From Candidatus Latescibacterota bacterium (GTDB taxonomy: Bacteria; Latescibacterota; UBA2968; UBA8231): a stretch of 64,000 nucleotides of DNA. Position 1 is the stretch's first letter. Each line of letters opens with the position of its first letter. Below are positions 8,909 to 18,697 of this stretch, piece by piece. Location of the stretch: contig OZ242318.1 of the NCBI GenBank assembly GCA_965208105.1, positions 3,648,001 through 3,712,000 of the forward strand. The letters run 5' to 3'. The notes beneath the pieces are model-generated. The model was not told the origin of the DNA. It ran no database searches and worked only from the letters and a program-made list of their open reading frames with translations. Made by a program: the position numbers and the translations under genes.

Positions 8909-10386
8909 AGGATGCGCTGGTCGATGTTGACCGGCACCATGTCGTGGACCTGGCTGTCCTGCAGGGCGGTGGGTGACTGCATCTCCAGCACCGCCTGGCG
9001 GTGCAGCTCGTCGATGCTGCGGCAGCCGGTGGTGGCCAGGGTGGCGCTGAGGATCTGCAGCACCACCGGCAGCTTCTCGTAGATGGAGCCCATGTGGGGC
9101 ACGTAGCCGGTGATGCCTTCCTCGAAGAAGAGGTTCTTAAGCTGGGCGTAGCGGCGGAAGTTGCGCGCCCTGGCGCTGCCTTCCATCCAGTACTCCTTGA
9201 CGATCTCCCCGGCGGCGTTGCGCACCAGGTTGCCCTCGCTCTCGGTGTAGCGCGCGAAGAAGTTGCCCAGCATCAGGGCATCGGCGCCGAGGGCCAGGGC
9301 GACGGACATCTCGGCCGGACTGCTGATGCCGCCGTCGGCGATCAGGGGGACGTAGCGGTCCTCGCTGCCGGCCAGCTCGTCCCGCGCCCTGCCGATCTCC
9401 AGCAGGGCGGTGGCCTGGCCGCGGCCGGTGGACTTGATCTCCTGGGTGGTGCAGCCTGACCCGATGCCCATGCCCACCTTGACCGCGTCGGCCCCGGCCT
9501 CGACCAGGAATCGGAAGCCGGCCGCCGTGACCACGTTGCCTCCCACCACCGGCACCGGGAAGTTCCCCTTGATCCACTCCAGCATCTGGCCCTGGAACTC
9601 GGTATGCCCGTCGGAGGCGTCGATGACCAGGGCGTCCACCTCGCACTCCACCAGGGCGCGGACGCGGTCGCGGTCCTCCGGGTGGGTGGATACGGCCGCC
9701 CCCACCAGCAGGCGCTTCTGGGCGTCGATGGACTCGTTGGGGTGCATGAGATGCTTGTCCAGGTCCTTCTTGAAGACCACCGACTGCAGGACGCCGTCGG
9801 CGGAGACGATGGGCAGGACGCCGCGGCCGAATTTGATCATCAGCTCGTTGGCTTCCTTGAGATCGCCCAGGTCCACCCCGGTCTGAACGTCGGTCTTCAT
9901 GCGCTCGCGCACCTTGCGCTCCTGGTCGCGGCGCACGTCGAAGTCCTTGTCGGTGATGATCCCCAGCAGCTTGCCCTGGAAGCGGCCGCTGTCGGTCACC
10001 GGGAAGGTGGTGTATCCGGTCTCGTCGATGATTCGGGTGACGGCGCCGATGGTCTGTTCCGGGGCAACGGTCTTGATGTTGGTCTGAAAGCCGGCCTTGA
10101 AGCGCTTGACTCGGTGGATCTTGGCGCACTGTTCCTCGATGGTCTGGCTCACCGGCAGAATGCCGATGCCGCCAAGCTGCGCCGCGGCAACGGCCATTTC
10201 GGTGCCGGTGACGGCCTGCATGGCGGCGCTGACGAAAGGGGTGTGGAGGCGGATGAAGCCTGCGCCCGAGCGGCACAGCCGGGTCTCGAGGGAGACGTTG
10301 GGAGCGCTGCCGTCGGCGGCGGTGTGGCCCGGCAGGATGCGGAATTCCTTGAGGCTGTGGGAAGGCTGGTCCAGTACCTTGGGCAT
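8905..10386 (-). CDS. guaB: IMP dehydrogenase with CBS pair
   Basis: [13 protein letters not shown] domains, [25 protein letters not shown] (catalytic Cys), [37 protein letters not shown]. Confidence 0.88.
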   Translation of the reverse strand: MPKVLDQPSHSLKEFRILPGHTAADGSAPNVSLETRLCRSGAGFIRLHTPFVSAAMQAVTGTEMAVAAAQLGGIGILPVSQTIEEQCAKIHRVKRFKAGFQTNIKTVAPEQTIGAVTRIIDETGYTTFPVTDSGRFQGKLLGIITDKDFDVRRDQERKVRERMKTDVQTGVDLGDLKEANELMIKFGRGVLPIVSADGVLQSVVFKKDLDKHLMHPNESIDAQKRLLVGAAVSTHPEDRDRVRALVECEVDALVIDASDGHTEFQGQMLEWIKGNFPVPVVGGNVVTAAGFRFLVEAGADAVKVGMGIGSGCTTQEIKSTGRGQATALLEIGRARDELAGSEDRYVPLIADGGISSPAEMSVALALGADALMLGNFFARYTESEGNLVRNAAGEIVKEYWMEGSARARNFRRYAQLKNLFFEEGITGYVPHMGSIYEKLPVVLQILSATLATTGCRSIDELHRQAVLEMQSPTALQDSQVHDMVPVNIDQRIL

Positions 10387-10602
10387 GGGGGCGTCACCTT
10401 GAGGGTTGGGTGCTGCGAGGAAGGATTGGAACAGGTCCGGAATGGTCAGAAAATAGACAGCAGGGAGAATAAATTCAAATTAAAGGGGATATTTTCGTAT
10501 ATTCGGTAGTCGACCTGAATAGGTCCGGTGCGGCGCCCCGGAAAACTCCGGGAAGGCGCCGCCCTACGGGAAAGATTCGCTGGAAGGAAAAGGAGGTTGG
10601 GC

Positions 10603-10917
10603 ATGTTGTCCAAGAAGCAGATAAGGGATACCCTCAGGGAAGGCCTGACCGACGTGGCGGAACGCGGACGGATCCTGGGTCAGGCGCTCAAGGTGCGCGC
10701 CGACATAGCGTTGACGCGGCGGCGTCTGCGCACGGCCTACGCCGCCCTGGGTGAAGAGGTCTACACCAGGATGGAGGCGGGCAAAAGCCTGGGCGGCGAC
10801 AAGCTGGCTGAGTTCCAGAAGCGCATCGAAGGGCTCAAGGCCGAGCTCAAGACCCAGGAGGCCGAGCTGCAGGCCGTCATGCATCCGCGCGAGGCGGTGG
10901 TGGAGGAAGAGAAATGA
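10603..10917 (+). CDS. Hypothetical coiled-coil protein (104 aa)
   Basis: SD AGGAGG then ATG 10603; helical, heptad-rich sequence MLSKKQIRDTLREG...AALGEEVY...IEGLKAELKTQEAEL. Confidence 0.75.
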   Translation: MLSKKQIRDTLREGLTDVAERGRILGQALKVRADIALTRRRLRTAYAALGEEVYTRMEAGKSLGGDKLAEFQKRIEGLKAELKTQEAELQAVMHPREAVVEEEK

Positions 10918-11006
10918 CCCGTTTGACGCTGGGCATTTTCATCGGGTTCATGGCCGGCATCTGGCTGTGCAGCCTCCTTCTGGACGAAGGGGGCGAGAAG
11001 CCTTGA
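10914..11006 (+). CDS. Small single-pass membrane protein (30 aa)
   Basis: MTRLTLGIFIGFMAGIWLCSLLLDEGGEKP. ATGA overlap with the upstream stop and TTGA overlap with the downstream TTG start; GGAGG upstream. Confidence 0.6.
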   Translation: MTRLTLGIFIGFMAGIWLCSLLLDEGGEKP

Positions 11007-11995
11007 CCATTCGCACAATTCACCTGGGCGTGGGAGGCCGGGGCCGCTGGCCCCTGAACTCCACTCGAGACCGCCTAGACTTCGAGGCCGCGGCCCTGGT
11101 GGACGTGAGCGCCGAAAACCTTGCCGAGGCGCGGCAGACTTCTGGCCTCGGCGAGGAGGCCTGCTTCTCCTCCCTGTCCGAGGCGTTGAAGAAGGTGGAG
11201 GCGGACGCGGTGGTGGTCATCACGCCCCCCGACCTCCACGCCGGCCAGTGCCTGGAGGCGGTCCGCGCCGGCAAGCACGTGCTGGTGGAGAAGCCCTTCA
11301 CCAAAAACCTGGGCGAGGCGCGCCTCATAGTCTCGGAAGCGGAGGCGCGCGGCCTCAAGGTGGCCGTCGCCCAGAATGCGCGCTACTACCCGCCGCTCCT
11401 CACCCTGCGCCGCTTGCTGCGCAGCGGCGATCTCGGCAAGCCCTGCTTCGGCCAGATGGCCAAGTACGGCTGGCGGCCCCGGGTGCACCACTCGGGGACG
11501 GACCGCCACGCCTATTTGTGGGAGCGCGGCATCCACGACTTCGACCAGCTCCGCCACCTCCTCGACGCCGAGCCCAGGCGCCTCTTCTGCCACAGCTTCA
11601 ACCCGCCGTGGAGCCCCTACAAGGGCGGCGGCGCCATCCATGGGTGGATTGAGTTCGACGACGGCACCACCTTCTCATTCCAGTGCACCTTCGCCACCCA
11701 CAAGGGCGGGTCGATCCTGCGTCTGGACTGCGAGAGGGGTTCGGTGGAGGTGGCCTCGGGAGGGTTGGTGGTCCGCCGCCCCGGGGCCGACGCCGACGAG
11801 ACCGTGCCGCTGGACGAAGGCCCCGAACCCGAGGAGACCCTGCTCGACGGCTTCCGCGACTACGTGGTGGTGGGTGTCGAGCCTCCCTTCTCGGGCCCCC
11901 GCAACCTGGCCACGGTCGGGCTGATCAACGCCCTCGGCGACTCGTCGGAGCAGGGCGCGGTGCTCGACTTCGACGACTACATGTCCACCCACTGA
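11003..11995 (+). CDS. Gfo/Idh/MocA family oxidoreductase
   Basis: Likely TTG start at 11003 (IRTIHLGVGGRG); ADAVVVITPPDLH, AGKHVLVEKP, IHDFD. Confidence 0.88.
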   Translation: MTIRTIHLGVGGRGRWPLNSTRDRLDFEAAALVDVSAENLAEARQTSGLGEEACFSSLSEALKKVEADAVVVITPPDLHAGQCLEAVRAGKHVLVEKPFTKNLGEARLIVSEAEARGLKVAVAQNARYYPPLLTLRRLLRSGDLGKPCFGQMAKYGWRPRVHHSGTDRHAYLWERGIHDFDQLRHLLDAEPRRLFCHSFNPPWSPYKGGGAIHGWIEFDDGTTFSFQCTFATHKGGSILRLDCERGSVEVASGGLVVRRPGADADETVPLDEGPEPEETLLDGFRDYVVVGVEPPFSGPRNLATVGLINALGDSSEQGAVLDFDDYMSTH

Positions 11996-12064
11996 GGGGC
12001 CCGCCCCGCCTCCGTGTCCATCCACCAATTTCCGGGGCCCACCGGCAGTCATTTAGGCATTTCC

Positions 12065-14941
12065 ATGGTGCCTCTCCAATCCGTCTGCCGCTTCCTGCGG
12101 CCGGGCCCCCGCTCCTTCGGACTCGACCTGGGGCTGGCGCTGGTCCTCCTCTGCCTCTGGCTGGCCCTCTCCGGCTTCGAGCCCCTCGTTGCGGCGGCGA
12201 CCGACCAGCTTCGCCTGGCGGTGAGGGCAGGGTCCTACCGCCCGCAGCTACCCCTGTTCCCGGCGGCCGTCGCCGCCGCGGGGCTGGTTCTGGCCTGGCT
12301 GCGCCACCGCTGCGGCGGGAGTCCCCAACTCCAGGAGCGCCTGCAACGGGCGACGCTGCTGACCGCCGCCTTGCTGGCCCTGCGCCTTCTCGCCCTCTGG
12401 GACGCGCCGGTCTATCTCTTCCCCTTCCTGACTCTGCTGTGGTCGCCCCACGCATTGTGGGCGGTGGCCCTGATCTTTCTGGGCTATGTCCACCTGCCGC
12501 CTGCCGGCTGTCGGGGGGCCTTTCCCATCCGGTGCGCGGCGGCAGGCCTTCTGATACTGTTCCTGCCGCTCTACCTCCTGTACGCCCTCTATTTCTGCCA
12601 GATCACCATGCTCCACGGCGACGAAAGCCACTACCTGAGGGTCACCCAGAGCCTGCTCCACGACGGCGACATGGACCTGGCCAACAACCTGGAGGAAGGA
12701 TATACCGACGAGTTCCACGTCACCGAGTTCGCGGTCCACAAAGCACCGGCCTCCCCCGAGGGCAAGGTCCACTCGGTGCATCCCATCGGTCTCTCCGTAG
12801 CTCTGGTGCCGGCCTACTGGTGGGGGCTGGAGCGCTGGGAGAACCCGCGCCTGGCCGCGGCCCTGCTCATGGCGCTGTGGGCCAGTCTCTGCGTCCCTCT
12901 GTTCTTTCTCTATCTGACGCGACTGGGCGCCGAGCCCTGGGCCGCCCTTCTGGCCACCGCCGTCATGGCCCTCACCGGGCCCTTTTTCAACTACACCAAC
13001 CAGCTCTATCCCGAGGTTCCGGCCCTGCTCATCGTCCTGGTCGCTCTGGTGCCCCTCGCCCACTGGCAGCTGCCGGGAGGCTCCTACCGCTCATGGGGAC
13101 GCTGGGAGGTGAAGCGCCTCGGCAGCCTGACCTTGTTGCTGGGCTGTCTGCCCTTCCTCCATCCGCGCTACGTTCCCCTGGCCCTGCTCTGCGGCGCGGT
13201 CGTGCTGCTGCAGGCCTGGCACGGACCGCGCCGCCGCCTCGCCCTTGCCGTCGTCGGCCTCGCCGCCGCCGCCGCCCTCTGGGCCCACCTCGCCTTCAAC
13301 TTCGCCTTCAGCGGGGACTGGATGGGGCCGTTCCGCCCGGGCAACGCCTGGGACGAAGGCGCGCTCGACCTGTCCACCTGGGGCATCTCCCTCCCGGGCC
13401 ACTGGCTGCAGGCGAGCAAGGGCATCCTCAACAATTCCCCCATCTACTTCATCGCCTTCTTGGGCCTTTTGGCCCTGGCGCGCCGGGGCGACCGTCGCGC
13501 CCTGGTCGCCGCTGGAATCTACGCAGCCACCGCCGCGGTCAACGGCCTGCACCCCATCTGGGAGTTCGGTTTCGGCCTTCCGGCCCGCTTTTTGGTGACC
13601 GCGCTGCCGGTGCTGGGGCTGGGGCTGGCCTGGGGTCTGCCGCTGCTGCTGCGCTCGGCCGCCACCGCCTTCCTTGCGGCACTGGCCCTGGCGGTCAGCA
13701 TGGAGGGCGTGTTCGACACCGTTAGACTGACCGAGAATAGTTTCAAGGATCACAGCCTGCTCGCCCGTTCCATCAACCACTTCTATCCGCTGCACCAGCA
13801 CTTCTTCGCGCCGGGCAGGGACGATATTCCGCTGCTCGACATGGCCTTCTGGGGGCTGCTGACGGCCTCCCTGTTTTTGCGTCCCCGCCATCCCGGTCGG
13901 CGCTGGGCCATCATCGCCGCGGCGGCCCTGGCGCCCTTCCTGTGGAGCCGGAGTGAAGAACTCGGCGCCCGGCTGTCGAAGAGCCTGTCGCCCTACATGG
14001 CCCGCTTGTCATCCATAGAAACCGGCACCGGGATCGCGCCTGTGCCGTTCAACGTCTCCCTCCGCATGACGGAGGCGGCTCGAGTCGACGGCCGCCTCCG
14101 GGCCCGGCCTGGAGCGGCCTCGAGCGGGCTGGTCAACTTTTCGGTTATGAGCATCCCGGTTCTGGGTGCTCCCCACCCTGGAGTCTACCGGCTGTCCTTC
14201 CCGGGCCTGCGGGTCGAGCCGCCCGCCGGCCAGGTTTCGGGCCATCTGATTATTTTATCCCGCTACACGGTACAGGTGGTGAGCCCGTGGAACTCACGCT
14301 CCAGCTATCCTCTGATCGGCGGAAAGGTCAGGGGCGATTACTCGATAACCTTCGCGGTGCAAGAGCCGGCCATTTACTATGTCTACACCGACTTTTCGGG
14401 ACACGGCGAGCTGGATCTCGATGGGATCCAGGGTAGCTTTCTTCCCTTGCGGATCGAACCGCAACTGACCGAGATGCGCCATTTTGAGCACCATTGGCAG
14501 GGGCGTCCCCTGAAAGCCGCGGTCGTTTTTACCGGATTGGATCCAGGCCTGTACCGGGTCCGCTTCGACCTGGAGGGATCCACCTTCGCCCGCTTTTTCG
14601 AGCGCCTCCCTGCCCCGATCAGGACCGCGGCCTACTCCACCGGCCCCGACTCAGGAGATGGTTTCAAGGAAACGGCCAACCTCTGGTTCGGCCTCAAACC
14701 CCGTGGATGGTCGACGGTAAACAGCCCCGACTACCGCCGGCCCCTGCAGGAAGGCATCCACCCGCCCTGGTGGCTTTCCATTCCAGGCGCCGGCCACCGG
14801 GCCAGCCAGTTGCGCTTCGTCCTTCCCGAGCCCGGGGACGTGGGCGTCCTGCTGCACTACGACGGTCCCGTCGACCTGCAACTGAATCGGGTCGTCCTGT
14901 ACCGGGAAACCTATGACCGCCGGGACGGCCCCCGTCGCTGA
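12065..14941 (+). CDS. Large polytopic membrane protein, putative GT-C glycosyltransferase with C-terminal beta-rich domains
   Basis: After N-terminal TMs: MLHGDESHYLRVTQSLLHDGDMDLAN, SVHPIGLS, QLYPEVP, LPFLHPRY, PARFLV; about 330-aa soluble C-terminus. Start could be GTG 12014 or ATG 12065. Confidence 0.6.
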   Translation: MVPLQSVCRFLRPGPRSFGLDLGLALVLLCLWLALSGFEPLVAAATDQLRLAVRAGSYRPQLPLFPAAVAAAGLVLAWLRHRCGGSPQLQERLQRATLLTAALLALRLLALWDAPVYLFPFLTLLWSPHALWAVALIFLGYVHLPPAGCRGAFPIRCAAAGLLILFLPLYLLYALYFCQITMLHGDESHYLRVTQSLLHDGDMDLANNLEEGYTDEFHVTEFAVHKAPASPEGKVHSVHPIGLSVALVPAYWWGLERWENPRLAAALLMALWASLCVPLFFLYLTRLGAEPWAALLATAVMALTGPFFNYTNQLYPEVPALLIVLVALVPLAHWQLPGGSYRSWGRWEVKRLGSLTLLLGCLPFLHPRYVPLALLCGAVVLLQAWHGPRRRLALAVVGLAAAAALWAHLAFNFAFSGDWMGPFRPGNAWDEGALDLSTWGISLPGHWLQASKGILNNSPIYFIAFLGLLALARRGDRRALVAAGIYAATAAVNGLHPIWEFGFGLPARFLVTALPVLGLGLAWGLPLLLRSAATAFLAALALAVSMEGVFDTVRLTENSFKDHSLLARSINHFYPLHQHFFAPGRDDIPLLDMAFWGLLTASLFLRPRHPGRRWAIIAAAALAPFLWSRSEELGARLSKSLSPYMARLSSIETGTGIAPVPFNVSLRMTEAARVDGRLRARPGAASSGLVNFSVMSIPVLGAPHPGVYRLSFPGLRVEPPAGQVSGHLIILSRYTVQVVSPWNSRSSYPLIGGKVRGDYSITFAVQEPAIYYVYTDFSGHGELDLDGIQGSFLPLRIEPQLTEMRHFEHHWQGRPLKAAVVFTGLDPGLYRVRFDLEGSTFARFFERLPAPIRTAAYSTGPDSGDGFKETANLWFGLKPRGWSTVNSPDYRRPLQEGIHPPWWLSIPGAGHRASQLRFVLPEPGDVGVLLHYDGPVDLQLNRVVLYRETYDRRDGPRR

Positions 14942-15051
14942 CCGCGCGATGGGGAGGGGGGATTTCCTGGATCGAAGCGCATCTTTGGGCGGTCGTTGCG
15001 GTTGGATGGAGGGGTACAGGCGCGGGACGGCCAAGGCTTTCCGACCGGGTG

Positions 15052-16851
15052 CTAGGAAGGCGCCGGGCCGTTGCCCCTGCCGTAGTGCAGGCGGTGGAGA
15101 CGGGCGTAGATGCCGTCCCGCCGAACGAGCTCCTCGTGCTGGCCCTGCTCGCGGATCTCGCCGTGGTGCAGCACCAGGATGTGGTCGGCGCTGCGGATGG
15201 TGGAGAGGCGGTGGGCGATGACGATGGATGTTCTGTTGCGCATGAGGCGGGTGGTGGCCTCCTGGATGAGCTGCTCGGTCTCCGTGTCGATGCTGGAGGT
15301 GGCCTCGTCGAGGACGAGGATCTCCGGGTCGAAGGCCAGGGCGCGGGCGAAGGACAAAAGCTGGCGCTCCCCGGCGGAGAGGGTGGAGCCTCCTTCGGCC
15401 ACCGGGTGTGCCAGCCTCCGGGGCAGGCGGTTCACCAGGCGGTCGGCGTTGACGTAGCTCACCGCCGCCTCCACCTGGTCCGCGCCGATGTCCTCGTTGC
15501 CCAGGCGGATGTTGCTGCCGATGTCCCCCGAGAACAGGAAGACGTCCTGCTGCACGATGCTGATGCGGCGGCGCAGGTCCTCCACGTTCCACTGGCGCAC
15601 GTCGCGGCCGTCCACCAGGATGGACCCCTCCTGGATGTCGTAGAAGCGGCAGATCAGGTTGACGATGGTGGTCTTTCCCGATCCCGTCGCGCCCACCAGG
15701 GCCAGGCTCTGTCCCGCCCTGACCTTGAACGAGACGTCCTTGAGCACGTAGTCCTCGGCATGGGGGTCGTACTTGAAGGATACGCGGCGGAACTCGACGC
15801 TGCCCTGCTGCGACGGAACGGAAGCGCGCCTGGGGCCGCCCTGGGGCTCGGGGGCGGTGTCGAGCAGCTCGAAGATGCGCTCGGAGGCGGCCATGGCGCT
15901 CTGCAGCAGGGCGTAGCGGTCGTTGATGTCCATGATGGGCCTGAAGAAGCGCCGGATGTACTGCAGGAAGGCCACCAGCACCCCCAGCTCGATGCGGGCG
16001 TCGAGGATGGAGATGGCGCCGAACCAGATGATCAGGGCCATGCCCAGGGATCCGACGAACTCGGTGAAGGGGAAGAACAGGGCGTAGTAGAACACCTCCT
16101 TGCCCTCGGCGTTGCGGTAGGGCAGGTGCTCGCGGTCGAAGTCCCTGAGGTTGCGCTCCTGGCGGTTGAAGAGCTGGACCACCTCCATGCCGCTGATGTT
16201 CTCCTGGAGATAGGCGTTGAGCCGCGCCAGGCGCAGGCGCAGCTCGCGGAAGGCGCGCATGGCCAGGCCCTGGAGGTAGAATGTGGCGACGAAGAGGACG
16301 GGAATGACGGTGCAGGAGACCAGGGTGAGCTCCAGGTCCATGTGGGCCATGAAGGCGATGATGGCGATCAGGGTGAAGAAGTCCATGAAGACCGAGACAA
16401 CTCCCTCGGTGAAGAACTCGTTGAGCGCCTCCACATCGTTGGTGGTGCGGGTCATGACCCGGCCCAAAGGGGTGCGGTCAAAGTAGCGCATGGGCAGGCG
16501 CTGCAGATGGGCGAAGATCTGCCGGCGCAAATCGCGCATCACCAGTTGCCCGGTCATCTCGGTGACCAGGGTCTGGCCGTACTGGAACAGGTACTGGGCC
16601 CCGATGCTGGCGAAGAACAGCAGGAGTATCCACTTGAGCCCATCCAGGTCACCCGCCATGATGTGGTCGTCCACCGCCACCTGGGTCAGGCGCGGGCCGA
16701 GCTGGCTGACGCCGGCGGCGAGGATGATGAGCCCGAGGGCGAGGATGACACGCGCGGAGTAAGGCTTGAGGTATAGCAGCAGCCGCCACAGCAGCCTGGG
16801 CTCGAAGGAGCGGTGCTGGATCTCCTCTTCCTGGTGCAGCTCGGCGCTCAA
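15052..16851 (-). CDS. ABC exporter, fused permease/ATPase (heterodimer subunit B)
   Basis: 6-TM domain plus GATGSGKT, degenerate signature LSAGERQ, consensus ILVLDEAT, AHRLST. Confidence 0.92.
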   Translation of the reverse strand: MSAELHQEEEIQHRSFEPRLLWRLLLYLKPYSARVILALGLIILAAGVSQLGPRLTQVAVDDHIMAGDLDGLKWILLLFFASIGAQYLFQYGQTLVTEMTGQLVMRDLRRQIFAHLQRLPMRYFDRTPLGRVMTRTTNDVEALNEFFTEGVVSVFMDFFTLIAIIAFMAHMDLELTLVSCTVIPVLFVATFYLQGLAMRAFRELRLRLARLNAYLQENISGMEVVQLFNRQERNLRDFDREHLPYRNAEGKEVFYYALFFPFTEFVGSLGMALIIWFGAISILDARIELGVLVAFLQYIRRFFRPIMDINDRYALLQSAMAASERIFELLDTAPEPQGGPRRASVPSQQGSVEFRRVSFKYDPHAEDYVLKDVSFKVRAGQSLALVGATGSGKTTIVNLICRFYDIQEGSILVDGRDVRQWNVEDLRRRISIVQQDVFLFSGDIGSNIRLGNEDIGADQVEAAVSYVNADRLVNRLPRRLAHPVAEGGSTLSAGERQLLSFARALAFDPEILVLDEATSSIDTETEQLIQEATTRLMRNRTSIVIAHRLSTIRSADHILVLHHGEIREQGQHEELVRRDGIYARLHRLHYGRGNGPAPS

Positions 16852-18596
16852 AGGGCCTCCAGCTCGGCCGCCAGTTGCTGGCGCTGGAAAAGGTCGGCGT
16901 AGAAGCCTCCCCGGGCCACAAGCTCGCGGTGGTTCCCCTGCTCGACGATGCGCCCGGCGTCGAGCACGACGATGCGGTCGGCGTGGCGCAGGGTGGAGAT
17001 GCGATGGGCGATGATGATGGCGGTGCAGCCTTTCACCGCATTGCCGAGGTGGCCCAGGATGGCCTCCTCGGTCTGGGTGTCCACCGCGGCCAGGGCGTCG
17101 TCGAGGATCAGGATGCTCGGCCTCCTGAGCAGGGCCCGGGCCAGGGTGGACCGCTGTTTCTGCCCGCCCGAGAGGGTGACCCCGCGCTCGCCGATCAGGG
17201 TGTCGAAGCCGTCATCGAAGGTATCCACGTCCTTGGTGAGCTGGGCCTGCTCGGCGGCGGCGGCGATCTCCCCGGGCCGGGGATCCTCCGCCCCGTAGGC
17301 CAGGTTGGCCCTGATGGTGTTGGAGAACAGGAAGGGCGTCTGGGAGACGTAGCCGATGGACCGGCGCAACTGCTCCAGGGGCCAGTCCTCCACCGGAGTG
17401 CCGTCGATCAGGAGCTGGCCCGGGCCGGCCTCGATCAGGCGCGGGACCAGGCGCGCCAGGGTGGTCTTTCCCGAGCCCACGCGGCCGACGACGCCCAGGG
17501 TGGAGCCCGCCGGGATGTCCAGGTCGATGCCCTGGAGCACGGGGTTGTCGCCGTAGCTGAAGCTGAGGTTGCGGAACTGGACGTGGCCGCCGATGTCGCC
17601 CCGGGGCGGCCCAACCCTGCGGTCCCTGATTTCGGGGCGCACCGCCATGACCTCGTTGATGCGGCGGATGGCCACCAGGGCACGCTGCGAGCGGTCGATC
17701 GCCCAGCCCATGTAGGCGATGGGACGGATGAGCAGGGTCAGGTAGCCGTTGAAGGCGACGAACTCGCCGATGGAGAGCTGCCCGCCGATGACCGCCTCGC
17801 CACCGAACCACAGGTTCAGGCCCAGGGCGACCGAGGCCACCAGGTAGGTGAGAGGGTAGTAGATGGCGTGGGTGTGGGCGAGGCGGTAGTTCCTCTCCAG
17901 GTAGGTCTGGTTGAGGCCCTCGAAAGCGGCGGTCTGGGCACCGCCCTGGGCGTAGGCCTTGACGATGCGGATGCCGGCCAGGTTCTCCTGAATGAAGTTG
18001 CTCAGGCGCCCGAAGAAATCCTGGATGGCGCGGAAGCGGTTGTGCACCAGGGAGGCCATGCGCAGGATGACGACGCCGAAGAGGGGAAGGGGCAGCAGCA
18101 CCAGCAGCGCCAGCTTCCAGTCGATGAAGCACATGAGCACGATGCTGAAGACGAAAATCAGGGACATCTCGGCGAGGCCGCGCAGGCCGTACATGAAGAA
18201 GACGCAGACGGCGTTGAGATCGTTGGTCGCCCGCGCCATCAGGTCGCCGGTGCGGTGGCGCTGGTAGAAGGACAGGGGCAGGGTCAGCAGGTGGGCGAAG
18301 TAGGCGGCGCGGATGTCGTACTCGATGCGGATGGCGGCCCCGCCCAGGAGGCGGCGCATGCCGTGGTTGGCCGCGGCCACCACCAGGGCGAGGCCGAGGA
18401 TCCAGGCGACGTAGAGGTGGATGCCGCCGAGGACCTCCTCCCTGGAGCCGGCGTCCAGGTCTATGGAGTTCACCGCCTCGCCCACGAGCAAAGGGATCCA
18501 GGAGGTGGCCGCCTGGCCCGCGGCAATCGCCGCCAATCCTGCGATGATGCGTTTTTTGTGGGGGAGGACGTACTGCGTAAACGGTCCGAAGATCAT
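16848..18596 (-). CDS. ABC exporter, fused permease/ATPase (heterodimer subunit A)
   Basis: TGDLMARATNDL, GRVGSGKT, LSGGQKQR, degenerate Walker B ILILDD, AHRIST; 4-nt overlap with its partner. Confidence 0.92.
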   Translation of the reverse strand: MIFGPFTQYVLPHKKRIIAGLAAIAAGQAATSWIPLLVGEAVNSIDLDAGSREEVLGGIHLYVAWILGLALVVAAANHGMRRLLGGAAIRIEYDIRAAYFAHLLTLPLSFYQRHRTGDLMARATNDLNAVCVFFMYGLRGLAEMSLIFVFSIVLMCFIDWKLALLVLLPLPLFGVVILRMASLVHNRFRAIQDFFGRLSNFIQENLAGIRIVKAYAQGGAQTAAFEGLNQTYLERNYRLAHTHAIYYPLTYLVASVALGLNLWFGGEAVIGGQLSIGEFVAFNGYLTLLIRPIAYMGWAIDRSQRALVAIRRINEVMAVRPEIRDRRVGPPRGDIGGHVQFRNLSFSYGDNPVLQGIDLDIPAGSTLGVVGRVGSGKTTLARLVPRLIEAGPGQLLIDGTPVEDWPLEQLRRSIGYVSQTPFLFSNTIRANLAYGAEDPRPGEIAAAAEQAQLTKDVDTFDDGFDTLIGERGVTLSGGQKQRSTLARALLRRPSILILDDALAAVDTQTEEAILGHLGNAVKGCTAIIIAHRISTLRHADRIVVLDAGRIVEQGNHRELVARGGFYADLFQRQQLAAELEAL

Positions 18597-18697
18597 TCAG
18601 GAAAATATAAAGGTTGGGACCGGGCTCCTCCAATCCGGCCCGGGCAACCACGGACGCCGGAAGCGAGGGATGCCGCTCACCGCTTCATTGAGTTCGT

